Part shown: positions 42,636-53,400 of the stretch, piece after piece
Position numbering within the stretch: the stretch's first letter is position 1
Layout of the letters: each line of letters starts with the position of its first letter
Assembly (NCBI GenBank): GCA_965644495.1
Contig: CBFFSA010000053.1
Location: forward strand, 1-54,000
Reading direction: 5' to 3'
Source: Perkinsela sp. CCAP 1560/9
Taxonomy: Eukaryota > Protista > Euglenozoa: Kinetoplastea
DNA length: 54,000 nt
Position numbers and translations under genes: made by a program
Notes under the pieces: generated by a model
The model's input: only the letters and a program-made list of their open reading frames with translations
Told to the model about the DNA's origin: nothing
The model's database searches: none

Positions 42636-45600
42636 TTTAACGATAAAGATACAGTTTCACGAGATAAAGATACAGTTTAACGATAAAGATACAGTTTCTG
42701 TACCTTGTTGAATTATTTTCTTTTTCTTTGTCTACTCTCTTTTTGATGGTGATGAACGAGACACACCCAGACAACCATCCTGAGGACACACCTTTCGACC
42801 CTGGAATCATGGATTCTAATCAGAATTCTGTCCACGAAGAAAAATCCCATGAATTGGGTAGTTGGGACCAGTTTAAGGGCAACGAACATCTTATCCGAAG
42901 CGCAAGCACCTATGACGAGAGTTTGTACACTACTGCCATCCCGCAGAATATCCCGCACGATTGGATGCGCCGTGCGCACGCTTTAGAAAAGGATATTGAA
43001 ACGCCCGACATGGGTCACGTACATGACCGAACTGAAGAGGAGATCCATTGTAGTGTCCAGCGTGATATCGATAAGTCTAATAATGCTGATTTCGAAGGAG
43101 CTGATTCGATTCCACACAGCCAACTAAGCACATTTAGCAAGGCTGCGAAGATGACCGATGAGTGCTCTAATGTCAATCCTGACGGAACCGATTCGACTTC
43201 ACTCAGCCAATTAAGCACATCTAGCAAGGCTGTGAAGACCACTGATGAGGGTCCTAATGTCAACTTCGAGGGAACTGATGCGACTTCACCCAGCCAATTG
43301 AGAAAATCTAATAAAGCTGTGAAGGCGAGATTTTTACGACACCTTCGAAACTCAGAACACTCTAAGAACTGTTACGAATCCGAAAGCAGTACGGCCACGT
43401 TCCCAGACCTCACTCCGACGGACCTCGTTTCTCATTTCTCCGTTTCTAGCAGTCTAAAGAGGCGCAAGAACAAGAAGTGCTCTAAAAGAAATATTACCTC
43501 ACAGACATCTTTGAACCAATCAGGCTCCGAAAGCACAGTAGCGACAGAGTCGGGTAGCGACGGAGTCTCCGTTGAACCGGTATCATCACAAGACAGCTGC
43601 GTCACATCGGAAGTAAAGCTTAAGCGGAACCGAGCCACTTTCAAATCCGAGCCTGTTAAATCACCTAACCTCACGCGGAAGACAAAAACATCATATAACG
43701 CTAGAAAGTGCCCAGTTGAATCATGTTTATGGCAAACCGGTCCTCATGGAAATCAATGGCAGGCGTATTATAATCACGTCTCAAACAGGCACGGGGCGGA
43801 AGTAACGGACACGTGGTGGGCAGAGGAAGGAAGATTTCGATGTGCATACTGCAAAAAACATTACCACTTAGGCAAAAAGGAGTCCCATACGCGACATTGC
43901 AAATTTCGCACACACTCATCCGATAACCCTCAGGATCCTTCCCGTGAGGTGAACGACTCCCCGAACCCTACCACAAACGCCGCTGTGATGCCTGAACGCC
44001 CCCCCGGTACGAACCCTAATGATCAGCCCGATCAGATGGAGGATGTTGACAACTTGCTGCCGACCTTATCTTCTGTGTGCACACTGCCGGTGATTACGAG
44101 CAAGGATATCCCTTATTGCTGCAGGGCTGAATGGGCACGAGTACTCACTTCCTGCTTGATGGCAGCCACGCTAGATAATACACTCGAGGCGTGGACTCTC
44201 CTTGCGATGCTTCCGAAATGTGTCCTTCCGGCCCCCCGCCGTGGAGGCAGTAAGAACAAAACCTCTTATGCGTCCTACGTTCGAAAATGTCTTTCCAGAT
44301 GGAACCAAAAGGAGTACATACCCCTCTGGAGTGAAGCAATCGCCAGTCTACAGCGCAAACGCAAATCCCCGGCGCAAGCAACCAGCGTAGAAGAAAATGA
44401 CGACAAGGCAGCTCTACGAGCGGCTAGGCTTGCCCGAGATGGAGAGCTATCGCGTGCCATGACAGCGATGACCTCGGAGCCACTCGCTCCCCATGACGAT
44501 GCCACCTACAATAAACTCATAAACAAGCACCCTCCACGACTCTCTGGCGAAGACCCAGGCGAACAACTTCCTTCATCGTCCGTAACCCCTCTCAAGATCA
44601 CACAGGAAAATGTAACCGAGGCACTCTCAAGTTTCCACAGAGGATCCTCCGGAGGGGCGTTCGGCCTTCGGCCAGAACATGTGCAGATAGCCATGGCATA
44701 TCACAACGATGAGCGCATAGATCCATTGGGAACGCTCACCAAGTTCGTTAACCATCTTCTTTCCGGAGGCGCGATGGACGAGGTCCAGCCGCACTTCGCT
44801 GGCGGACGCTTATGTGCACTTCATAAGGGAGCACACGATGTTCGGCCCATCGCCGCAGGAGAAACCCTCCGGCGTCTCGCAAGCAAGGTTGCGTGCTTTT
44901 CTGTCAAACCAAAGGCCTGTCGGCTCTTCCGAGGACATCAGTACGGGGTTGCAATACCCGCTGGAGCCGAGAGGGTAATACATTTATGCAGATTGACCAT
45001 GGCGGAACACGTTGATGACGAGGACTTCGTCTTATGTAAAGTTGATCTCCGAAATGCGTTCAACCACGTATCACGCAACAGCTTTATTTCGCTCACCCGT
45101 CAATATTTTCCTGAGCTTAGTCCCTATGTCGAATGGTGTTACTCTTCAGACAGCCGCCTAACCTTCGGAGATCGAACGATCACCTCTTCTGAAGGAGTTC
45201 AGCAGGGAGACCCACTAGGCCCTCTTTTATTTTCTCTCGTCGCGAAGGAACTATTTACGGAAATCAAGAAGGCAGCCCCAAGGCTTGACTTAAACATGTG
45301 GTTCTTGGACGATGGGGTTCTGTCAGGCAAATCTTCAGACGTCAGGCATGCACTTGACGTCATTGCAGTCGAAGGTCCCAAGTGGGGCTTACATCTCAAT
45401 GTTGCTAAATGTGAACTCATTACGAATCCAGCTGCCTCTGACCGATTTGCTCTTTTCCCGGACATTCCTGGTTTGAACAAAAACACAGACGGCAATCTTG
45501 ACATCTTGGGAAGCCCTATTGGATCTACAAGCTTTTGTCACCGATACCTATTGGAAAATCCAATCAGTCTCGCTGAGGACTCACTAACGGCAATACAAAA

Positions 45601-47497
45601 GTTGGATGACCCTCAAGTGGCCCTATCGCTCATTCGTCATTGCACAGGATTTTGCAAAATGGTGTATGCTCTACGCACGACACCTACCGCGGAGCTACAA
45701 GACCTTTGCGAACGCCTGGACCGAGCAGTCCAAAACACGACGGAGCGCTTTATCGGTCCTTTGGGTGAATCGGCTCGACGACAGGCCCAACGAGACAAAC
45801 GACACGGAGGATTAGGGTTGAGGTCCGCTGCAACACACGCCACATCAGCATACGTATCTTCTGTGGCCTTTGCGTCTGCAAATGACCGTTGGGACCCCAC
45901 GCAAGCTGAGAGTTTTGAATTCGCAGTACGGGACGTCAATAGGCGCGCGGGCTATAACTTCGTTTCAAATACAGGGAGAATTCCAAAACCTTCGTCTTCC
46001 CCACCTGAACAGTTGAACCCAGAAACAGCAAACTCCGACGATATCATCCCGGACGAAAGAATCCTAGAAGTTTTGCACCCCGACGACGCAGACCCTGAAG
46101 CCTCTCGCCCCGTACTAGTAATCCCGCGACAACGAGAATTAAGCCAGGTGATTTCAGCATCCCAATACTTGGCAGACTATAAAAACGCAGATGACAAAAC
46201 CAGAGCCCGATGGGTATCCCAAACGGGAGAAGGGGCATCGGAGTGGGCCTTTGTGATTCCATCGAAGACCAGTGGTTTCGCTTTCACTTCCGCCGAGTTT
46301 CGCACTCTGACGCGATGGTGGCTAGGGGAAAAAATTTACCCCAAGGCAAGACCCTGCCCTATGGACAAATGTGGGCTCCCGCTAGGCCCTGAGGGGGACC
46401 ATGCACTTTCCTGCAAGAGTGGGCATGGTATCATCGCTCGCCACAACGCTCTTGCCAGACAGTTTGCCCGAGACTGCACAAATGCCGGGCTTACAACGAA
46501 GCGGGAAGTAAGCCTGCATAACACGGGCCCTGGCGGCGGTCTGACGCGACCGGCGGACGTATTTATCTCAAGTTTTCGAGCGGGTCAGGGCCTTGTAATG
46601 GATTTCGCTGTCACACACGTCCAGCAAACAAAATATACGGATCTAGTCCGTGATGCTAGCGTGGTTTCAGCTGGATCCTTTGCGGAAAGATACGCAACGG
46701 AACACAAGCAGAAACAACGGGAAGAAGCCGCCGCAGCCAAACTCCGATTTGCGGCCATGGCCGTAGAATCATACGGCTCATGGTGCCCCAGCGCTATGGC
46801 TGTGATCCGTGACGTGGCAATTGAGCACTCAATGCACTCCGGTAAACTATCCAAAAAAGAAGCCTTACATCGACTTCTTGCTGGCTTGAACGTCACTTTA
46901 ATGCGGTCGCAGGCACGTATGATGGTGCTACGATCCTCACCGACACCTGACCCAGCCCTGATAGGCTATGGCGATATGGAAGTGGTGTAGTTCCATCCTC
47001 TTTTGCATCCTCTGGTCCGGATGTTGGTCGTGTCGACAGAGTCTATACTCACGCCTAGCCCGCGAGGGCTAGGTACCCCAAGTGAGGTAGTACACGGGTA
47101 GTGAATCTCCTCCCCGTCGGCCAGCATCCTGTTTCGTGACCGTGTCGCTGTCGACACAGGCCCGCGCCTGCGCCCTCCCGTATAGCAAGGGAAGGGTTCA
47201 CAAGTCAGGCCGTGGAGAGGTCGAAAGACCCGGTCCGGAACGCGCGAATGGATTGGGCATGGATTGCTTGTTTTAATTTTTACTGTTTTTCTTGTTTGTA
47301 GTATATACTTAGGGGAGACTAAATTGCTAGTTTTGGGCTGAGAAAAAAGGTACATCTGTGGACAGAAAAAGAATTGCTAATTTGATTGTTTGTTAAAAAA
47401 AAAAGAAAATACTTCTGTGGAAATAAAAGGAATTGCTAATTTGATTGCTTGTTTTAAATTCATATACCACCAAAAAAAAAAAAAAAAAAAAAAAAAA
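42636..47497 (+). mobile_element. Full-length CRE/SLACS-type retrotransposon, lineage E
   Basis: Triple SL-like head 42636-42710, intact ORF, shared 3' RNA 47019-47251, poly(A) 47472-47497. Confidence 0.93.
42746..46990 (+). CDS. LsmAD-like + ~29-aa repeats + Zn fingers + RT + REL polyprotein (lineage E)
   Basis: First ATG at 42746; GSWDQFKGN..STYDESLYTT..TEEEIHCSVQR; CPVESC..H..H; FLDD; RHN, RPAD, MDFAVTH. Confidence 0.93.
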   Translation: MVMNETHPDNHPEDTPFDPGIMDSNQNSVHEEKSHELGSWDQFKGNEHLIRSASTYDESLYTTAIPQNIPHDWMRRAHALEKDIETPDMGHVHDRTEEEIHCSVQRDIDKSNNADFEGADSIPHSQLSTFSKAAKMTDECSNVNPDGTDSTSLSQLSTSSKAVKTTDEGPNVNFEGTDATSPSQLRKSNKAVKARFLRHLRNSEHSKNCYESESSTATFPDLTPTDLVSHFSVSSSLKRRKNKKCSKRNITSQTSLNQSGSESTVATESGSDGVSVEPVSSQDSCVTSEVKLKRNRATFKSEPVKSPNLTRKTKTSYNARKCPVESCLWQTGPHGNQWQAYYNHVSNRHGAEVTDTWWAEEGRFRCAYCKKHYHLGKKESHTRHCKFRTHSSDNPQDPSREVNDSPNPTTNAAVMPERPPGTNPNDQPDQMEDVDNLLPTLSSVCTLPVITSKDIPYCCRAEWARVLTSCLMAATLDNTLEAWTLLAMLPKCVLPAPRRGGSKNKTSYASYVRKCLSRWNQKEYIPLWSEAIASLQRKRKSPAQATSVEENDDKAALRAARLARDGELSRAMTAMTSEPLAPHDDATYNKLINKHPPRLSGEDPGEQLPSSSVTPLKITQENVTEALSSFHRGSSGGAFGLRPEHVQIAMAYHNDERIDPLGTLTKFVNHLLSGGAMDEVQPHFAGGRLCALHKGAHDVRPIAAGETLRRLASKVACFSVKPKACRLFRGHQYGVAIPAGAERVIHLCRLTMAEHVDDEDFVLCKVDLRNAFNHVSRNSFISLTRQYFPELSPYVEWCYSSDSRLTFGDRTITSSEGVQQGDPLGPLLFSLVAKELFTEIKKAAPRLDLNMWFLDDGVLSGKSSDVRHALDVIAVEGPKWGLHLNVAKCELITNPAASDRFALFPDIPGLNKNTDGNLDILGSPIGSTSFCHRYLLENPISLAEDSLTAIQKLDDPQVALSLIRHCTGFCKMVYALRTTPTAELQDLCERLDRAVQNTTERFIGPLGESARRQAQRDKRHGGLGLRSAATHATSAYVSSVAFASANDRWDPTQAESFEFAVRDVNRRAGYNFVSNTGRIPKPSSSPPEQLNPETANSDDIIPDERILEVLHPDDADPEASRPVLVIPRQRELSQVISASQYLADYKNADDKTRARWVSQTGEGASEWAFVIPSKTSGFAFTSAEFRTLTRWWLGEKIYPKARPCPMDKCGLPLGPEGDHALSCKSGHGIIARHNALARQFARDCTNAGLTTKREVSLHNTGPGGGLTRPADVFISSFRAGQGLVMDFAVTHVQQTKYTDLVRDASVVSAGSFAERYATEHKQKQREEAAAAKLRFAAMAVESYGSWCPSAMAVIRDVAIEHSMHSGKLSKKEALHRLLAGLNVTLMRSQARMMVLRSSPTPDPALIGYGDMEVV

Positions 47498-47921
47498 GGC
47501 GTGAGTCTATACTCACGCCTAGCCCGCGAGGGCTAGGTACCCCAAGTGAGGTAGTACACGGGTAGTGAATCTCCTCCCCGTCGGCCAGCATCCTGTTTCG
47601 TGACCGTGTCGCTGTCGACACAGGCCCGCGCCTGCGCCCTCCTGTATAACAAGGGAAGGGTTCACAAGTCAGGCCGTGGAGAGGTCGAAAGACCCGGTCC
47701 GGAACGCGCGAATGGATTGGGCATAGATTGCTAGTTTTTATTGTTATTGTTTTTATTGTTCTTATACTTACGGGAGATCGAATTGCTAGTTTTGGGCTCC
47801 AAAATATGAAATTGCTAATTTGATTGCTTGTTTTAAAATCATATACCCCCCCAATGGACCTACTTGGTTCGTCTAATGGGTCAAAATATAGAGGCAATGC
47901 CAAAAAAAAAAAAAAAAAAAA
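47498..47921 (+). mobile_element. 3'-UTR-only fragment (variant distal UTR) with poly(A)
   Basis: Conserved RNA plus distal UTR; A-run 47902-47921; 5' fold-back GGCGTGAGT-CTAT-ACTCACGCC. Confidence 0.85.
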
Positions 47922-49500
47922 TATGGAGGTTTTGGTCTCCGATCTGCATCTGCGCACCGCTCAGCGGCGTACGTGTCTTCAGTTGCTTTTGCTGCAGAGA
48001 CGGATCGTTGGCTACCGTCAGATGCAGAAGGATTCTCTTCCGCAGTCCTGGACATCAATCGCCGGAGCGGAGGCCCCGTAGTTGATCCGGACACGGGAAG
48101 AGCATTAGAGGAGATCAGCTCCCCTTTTCCGACAGGATCTAGTCAAAGTACAGAAACGGACAATTCTTGCACCCCCCGTCAACGTGCCTTGAGCGACGCA
48201 ATCTCGGCGCACGAATTTTCATATGCGTACGCAGCGGCGGACAGTAGCACTCGCGCGAGGTACACCTCTCAGACTGGAGATGGGGCCAGCAGCTGGGCAT
48301 TTTGCATCCCATCAACAGAGCTTGGCCACGCTTACACACCCACAGAATTCCGCGCCCTCTCCAGGTGGTGGTTAGGTGCCAAGGTCTACAACGAGTTGAG
48401 CACGTGCCCAATTAACACATGCCAACAACCTCTCGACCTCGAAGGAAACCATGCAGTGTCTTGCAAAAGTGGGAATGGACTGATCTCCCGCCACAATGCG
48501 CTCATTACACAATTCACCGACACGTGCTCCAAGGCGAATTTATCACCTTCACGTGAGGTAAGCCTGGGGAACCTAGGGCCTGGCGGCTGTCCCACGAGGC
48601 CGGGCGATGTCTTTATTCCGGGCTATGAGAAAGCTCAAGGTCTGGTGCTTGATTTTGCTGTCACCCACGTTCAGCAACCTAAATACACGGACTTAGTCCG
48701 CAACGCTAACGGGGTGGCGGCAGGATCATTTGCGGAGCACTACGCCGCTTCTCACAAGGTGAAAGAGAGAGAGGAGGCGGAACAAGCAAAACATGTGTTT
48801 GTTGCCATGGTGGTAGAATCATATGGTGCTTGGAGTGCAAGTGCCCTATCAATCCTTAGATGGGTTGGGAAGCATCGCGCCTCATGTTCCCAGGGGACTC
48901 TATCTCAAGAAGCAGCTACCCGTCAGCTGCTTCAAGAGCTTAACCTCACCCTGATGCGTTCTCAATCGAGAATGCTTGTCTCACGCATGCCGGCTGAAGA
49001 TCCACAACCGGCACTTATTTTGCAGTAGCCTAAACCAAGGCTCGCGGATCCCGGCATGTTCGAAGGCTGAGGGTGCTGGTCTCGTCGACAGAGTCTATAC
49101 TCACGCCTAGTCCGTCAGGGCTAGGTACCCCAAGTGAGGTAGTACACGGGTAGTGAATCTCCTCCCCGTCGGCCAGCATCCTGTTTCGCGACCGTGTCGC
49201 TGTCGACACAGGCCCGCGCCTGCGCCCTCCCGTATAACAAGGGAAAGGTCCACAAGTCAGGCCGTGGAGAGGTCGAAAGACCCGGTCCGGAACGCGCGAA
49301 TGGTTGAGGAGCCGCCTGCAGGCCGGGTGAGGCGAAGCTGAGGGAGACCTTACCCCCCCTGAAAAGTTGAAAAGTTGGGTAGGGGAAAGCAGGAAAGTAG
49401 GGAGAAAGGTGGGAAAAGTATGTCAAGAGGTGAGAAAGAGGAGAAAGAGAGAGAAAAATTTTCTTTATTTGCATAAAAAAAAAAAAAAAAAAAAAAAAAA
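47922..49500 (+). mobile_element. 5'-truncated lineage B copy
   Basis: Nearly identical to the B C-terminus (ORF remnant to 49028) and UTR; A-run 49475-49500. Confidence 0.92.
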
Positions 49501-50115
49501 CGACTTCTTGCTGGCTTGAACGTCACTTTAATGCGGTCGCAGGCACGTATGATGGTGCTACGATCCTCACCGACACCTGACCCAGCCCTGATAGGCTATG
49601 GCGATATGGAAGTGGTGTAGTTCCATCCTCTTTTGCATCCTCTGGTCCGGATGTTGGTCGTGTCGACAGAGTCTATACTCACGCCTAGCCCGCGAGGGCT
49701 AGGTACCCCAAGTGAGGTAGTACACGGGTAGTGAATCTCCTCCCCGTCGGCCAGCATCCTGTTTCGTGACCGTGTCGCTGTCGACACAGGCCCGCGCCTG
49801 CGCCCTCCCGTATAGCAAGGGAAGGGTTCACAAGTCAGGCCGTGGAGAGGTCGAAAGACCCGGTCCGGAACGCGCGAATGGATTGGGCATGGATTGCTTG
49901 TTTTAATTTTTACTGTTTTTCTTGTTTGTAGTATATACTTAGGGGAGACTAAATTGCTAGTTTTGGGCTGAGAAAAAAGGTACATCTGTGGACAGAAAAA
50001 GAATTGCTAATTTGATTGTTTGTTAAAAAAAAAAGAAAATACTTCTGTGGAAATAAAAGGAATTGCTAATTTGATTGCTTGTTTTAAATTCAAAAAAAAA
50101 AAAAAAAAAAAAAAA
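49501..50115 (+). mobile_element. 5'-truncated lineage E copy
   Basis: Matches E 46871-47461; A-run 50092-50115. Confidence 0.92.
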
Positions 50116-50332
50116 GGGACGGGGTCCTGGGGTTTGGTGGTTGTCCCTATAATTTTGGAAGGTTATAGATGTTAATCGGTTGACAAACTTTATCCTCACG
50201 CCTTGGTTTTCGAAAAAACAAGGTTCCCCAATGTGAGATAAAGGTGAGTAAAGTTTTCTTTACTCTGCGATTAGCGCCTTAATGTTTTTAACCGCGTCAT
50301 TGTTGACACGGCCAAAAAAAAAAAAAAAAAAA
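50116..50332 (+). ncRNA. Diverged homolog of the conserved 3'-UTR RNA, polyadenylated fragment
   Basis: Same stem order with compensatory changes (see findings); A-run 50314-50332. Confidence 0.65.
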
Positions 50333-50335
50333 TAG

Positions 50336-50373
50336 AACTTTAACGATAAAGATACAGTTTCTGTACCTTGTTG
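50336..50373 (+). other. Spliced-leader-like exon (38 nt)
   Basis: AACTTTAACGATAAAGATACAGTTTCTGTACCTTGTTG, followed by the element UTR rather than a GT-initiated SL intron. Confidence 0.82.
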
Positions 50374-50419
50374 AATTATTTTCTTTATTTCATCTTTTCC
50401 AGGTACGCGGTTCTTTCTC

Positions 50420-53400
50420 ATGTCTGAAGACGATCTTCTCAAAGCCTCACCTCCGCCGATGGACGACGATTCATTTTTACAAGAGGAAGCAGTACACAAT
50501 AGAGGATCCTGGGACCAGTTTGCTGGAAACACACATCTCATTAAGCAACGGAGTACGTACAACGAATTGCTCTACACGACCCCTATTCCTGCGAACATTC
50601 CGGAAGAATGGAACATGAACGCCGCCTTGATCTCAACTGAGAACCAGACACGTGATACGGGACAGGTAGATAGTAGCGATGAGGAAACAAACCACTCACG
50701 AGTCATCAGATTACATCATGGACACCAAAAAACGCAATCTGATAGCAACACTATCACTAAAAAGTTTACTCGATGCCAACCATCTTCCACACCCCCAAGC
50801 GTCAAAGGGAATCGGGGAATCGTAAAGTCTCATCGAAAAGCGCGCGAACCAGCTACACCTCGAAAAGGGGAAGCGACGGAACATAACCCCGAAAACAACT
50901 CTCCACGCCAAATAGTACAAGGAACTTCCCTTGAAATCCCACCTTCGACGAGCGAAGCAGTTCTCACGTTTCCATCTTCCCAAAACCGTCCGACACAAAG
51001 GGAGTGCCCCGCAGAAAACTGTATTTGGAAAACTCGTGCCCATGGAGGTCAATGGCAGTCGTACTACAACCACGTTGCTTACCGACACGGAAATAACATA
51101 CCCAATGACTGGTGGACAAAGGAAGGACGATTTCTCTGCGACGCATGCGGTCGTCATTACGATATTAGCAAGAAAACTTCTCATTTGAATCATTGTAAAA
51201 TGCAATCTACACCACCCTCCTCGCAGCCGCCCTCACAACCACAGCAGCCTTCACAGCTGTCAGAGTCCGGGGAAGCCATGTACGATATACAAGGTACGCA
51301 TAGTCTACCGTCCCTAGAGGAAGTTTGCACGACTCAAATAAGCACGTGCAAGGATGTCCCACACCGATGTCGATATCTGTGGACCAGAATTTTTACCGCA
51401 GCCCTCTCCACCGCGGTAAACGAAAACTCACTGAGAGCCTGGACCCTTCTTGCCTTGCTTCCGAAATGCGTCCTACCAGCCCCGTACCGAGGAGGCCGCA
51501 AAGCTCACAAGTCCTATACCTCCTACATCTCAAAGCGAATGGAACTTTGGATACAAGGCCAATATACCACCCTATGGGCCCAAGCAAATTCGGAGCATGA
51601 CAGGAAGCGCTCAAAAGTGCCGAATAATGAGATTGAGGGTGAAGAAGACAAGGCTGCAATACGGGCTGAAATTCTGGTTCGCCAAGGAGAATTTTCCCGA
51701 GGCATGGCTGCCCTTACTGCAGCTCCACTTGCACCATACAGCGAGGAAACCCTGCTAAAGCTGCAGGAAAAACACCCTAGCCCCCATGGTAATCCCATCT
51801 CGTGCCCCCTGCCTCCCCTGGAAGAAGAAGCTTTAAAACTGGACGAATCCGAGGTGAGAAAAGCAGTAGATACCTTCCGTCGCGGATCCTCTGCTGGGAC
51901 TATGGGGCTCCGGCCTGAACACCTCCAAACAGCGCTTCAAGAGCATGTCGACCAGAATATGAATCCTCTTACGACGCTCACTTCCTTCGTAAACCATCTC
52001 CTAGCTGGCAAAGCCCCAGACGAAGTGCAACCTTTTTTTGCAGGGGCACGGCTATGCGCACTCGAAAAAGGGGAAGATGACGTGCGGCCTATCGCTGCGG
52101 GGGAAACCCTTAGACGCCTGGTGAGCAAGGCAGTGTGCCTTTCGATAAAAGAAAAAGCAGGATCCTTCTTTGGACGTCGTCAATACGGGGTCGCAGCGTC
52201 TGCTGGGGCGGAAAGAGTGATACACCTTTGTCGCCGTCTAATGAGAAATAATGAAGAAAATGAGAACATAACGTTCTGTAAGGTGGATCTTCGGAACGCC
52301 TTTAATAACGTGAGCCGACCCGTCTTCATCTTCCTCACACGAAAGCATTTCCCTGAACTATCCCCATGGGTAGAATGGTGTTATGCCAATCACAGCTGTC
52401 TCACATTCGGCAATGATTTTATCCCCTCGGCAGAAGGAGTGCAACAAGGAGACCCTCTGGGCCCACTCCTCTTCTCCTTGGTGTTAGCAGAGGTAACAGA
52501 AGAAATTGCATCAAATTCTAACCTACGAACACAATTATGGTATTTAGATGACGGTGTGCTTGTAGGTGGGCCCAAAGAAGTCCGTAAAGCCCTAGACGTC
52601 CTCGACGAGATAGGACCGAAGTGGGGACTCTTCCTGAATCTCTCCAAGTGCGAGATCATTACCCCCCCAGCATCAGCTCATACCTCCGTTTTCTTTCCTG
52701 ACATCCCCAGTGATAAAATACGGTACGACGGGAACTTCGACATTCTTGGAAGCCCAATAGGCTCTGCGGAACACTGTGCGGAGTTTCTCATGACACACGC
52801 GATTGAACCAGCCCGCGAAACATTAGAAGCTACTGCTGTGTTAGAAGATCCCCAAATAGCTCTCGCACTAATACGGCAATGTTCGGGGTTTTGTCAGATG
52901 GTGTACGCACTGCGCACCACTCCTCCCCAAGCCCTTGGAGAATTATGCCAAAAACTTGACTCTCATCTAGTCCAGGCCGTGGAGCACGCAATTTCTCCCT
53001 TAGGCGTCGCCGCTCGCGACCAAATACAACGACCAAAACGCCACGGCGGGTTCGGACTTCGCTCATCAATTCTCCACCAGTCAGCAGCCTACGTTTCTTC
53101 CGTCGCGCACGCCGCTAGCTTGGACAACTGGGACCCCACAGAAGCTGAGGGATTTTCCAGCTCAGCACATGACATAAATGACAAAGTTGGGACTGATCTG
53201 GTTGATCCATACACTGGACGCATTACCAAACCTAGTGTGCCTGGTGAATATCATGCAAATCGGAGCATCCTTTCCCGCCCAGCGAAAAGAAAACTCGCAC
53301 AATCCCTCAATCACGCCCTTCTCCCGGTCTCGACGGATCAGGAAAAGATCATCCCGAGGCAAAAACATCTCAGCCAAGCTATCTCGGATAGGGAATTTCA

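Noticed and set aside
42636-42710. CRISPR-like array
   Set aside because: Irregular partial repeats with no unique spacers and no cas genes.
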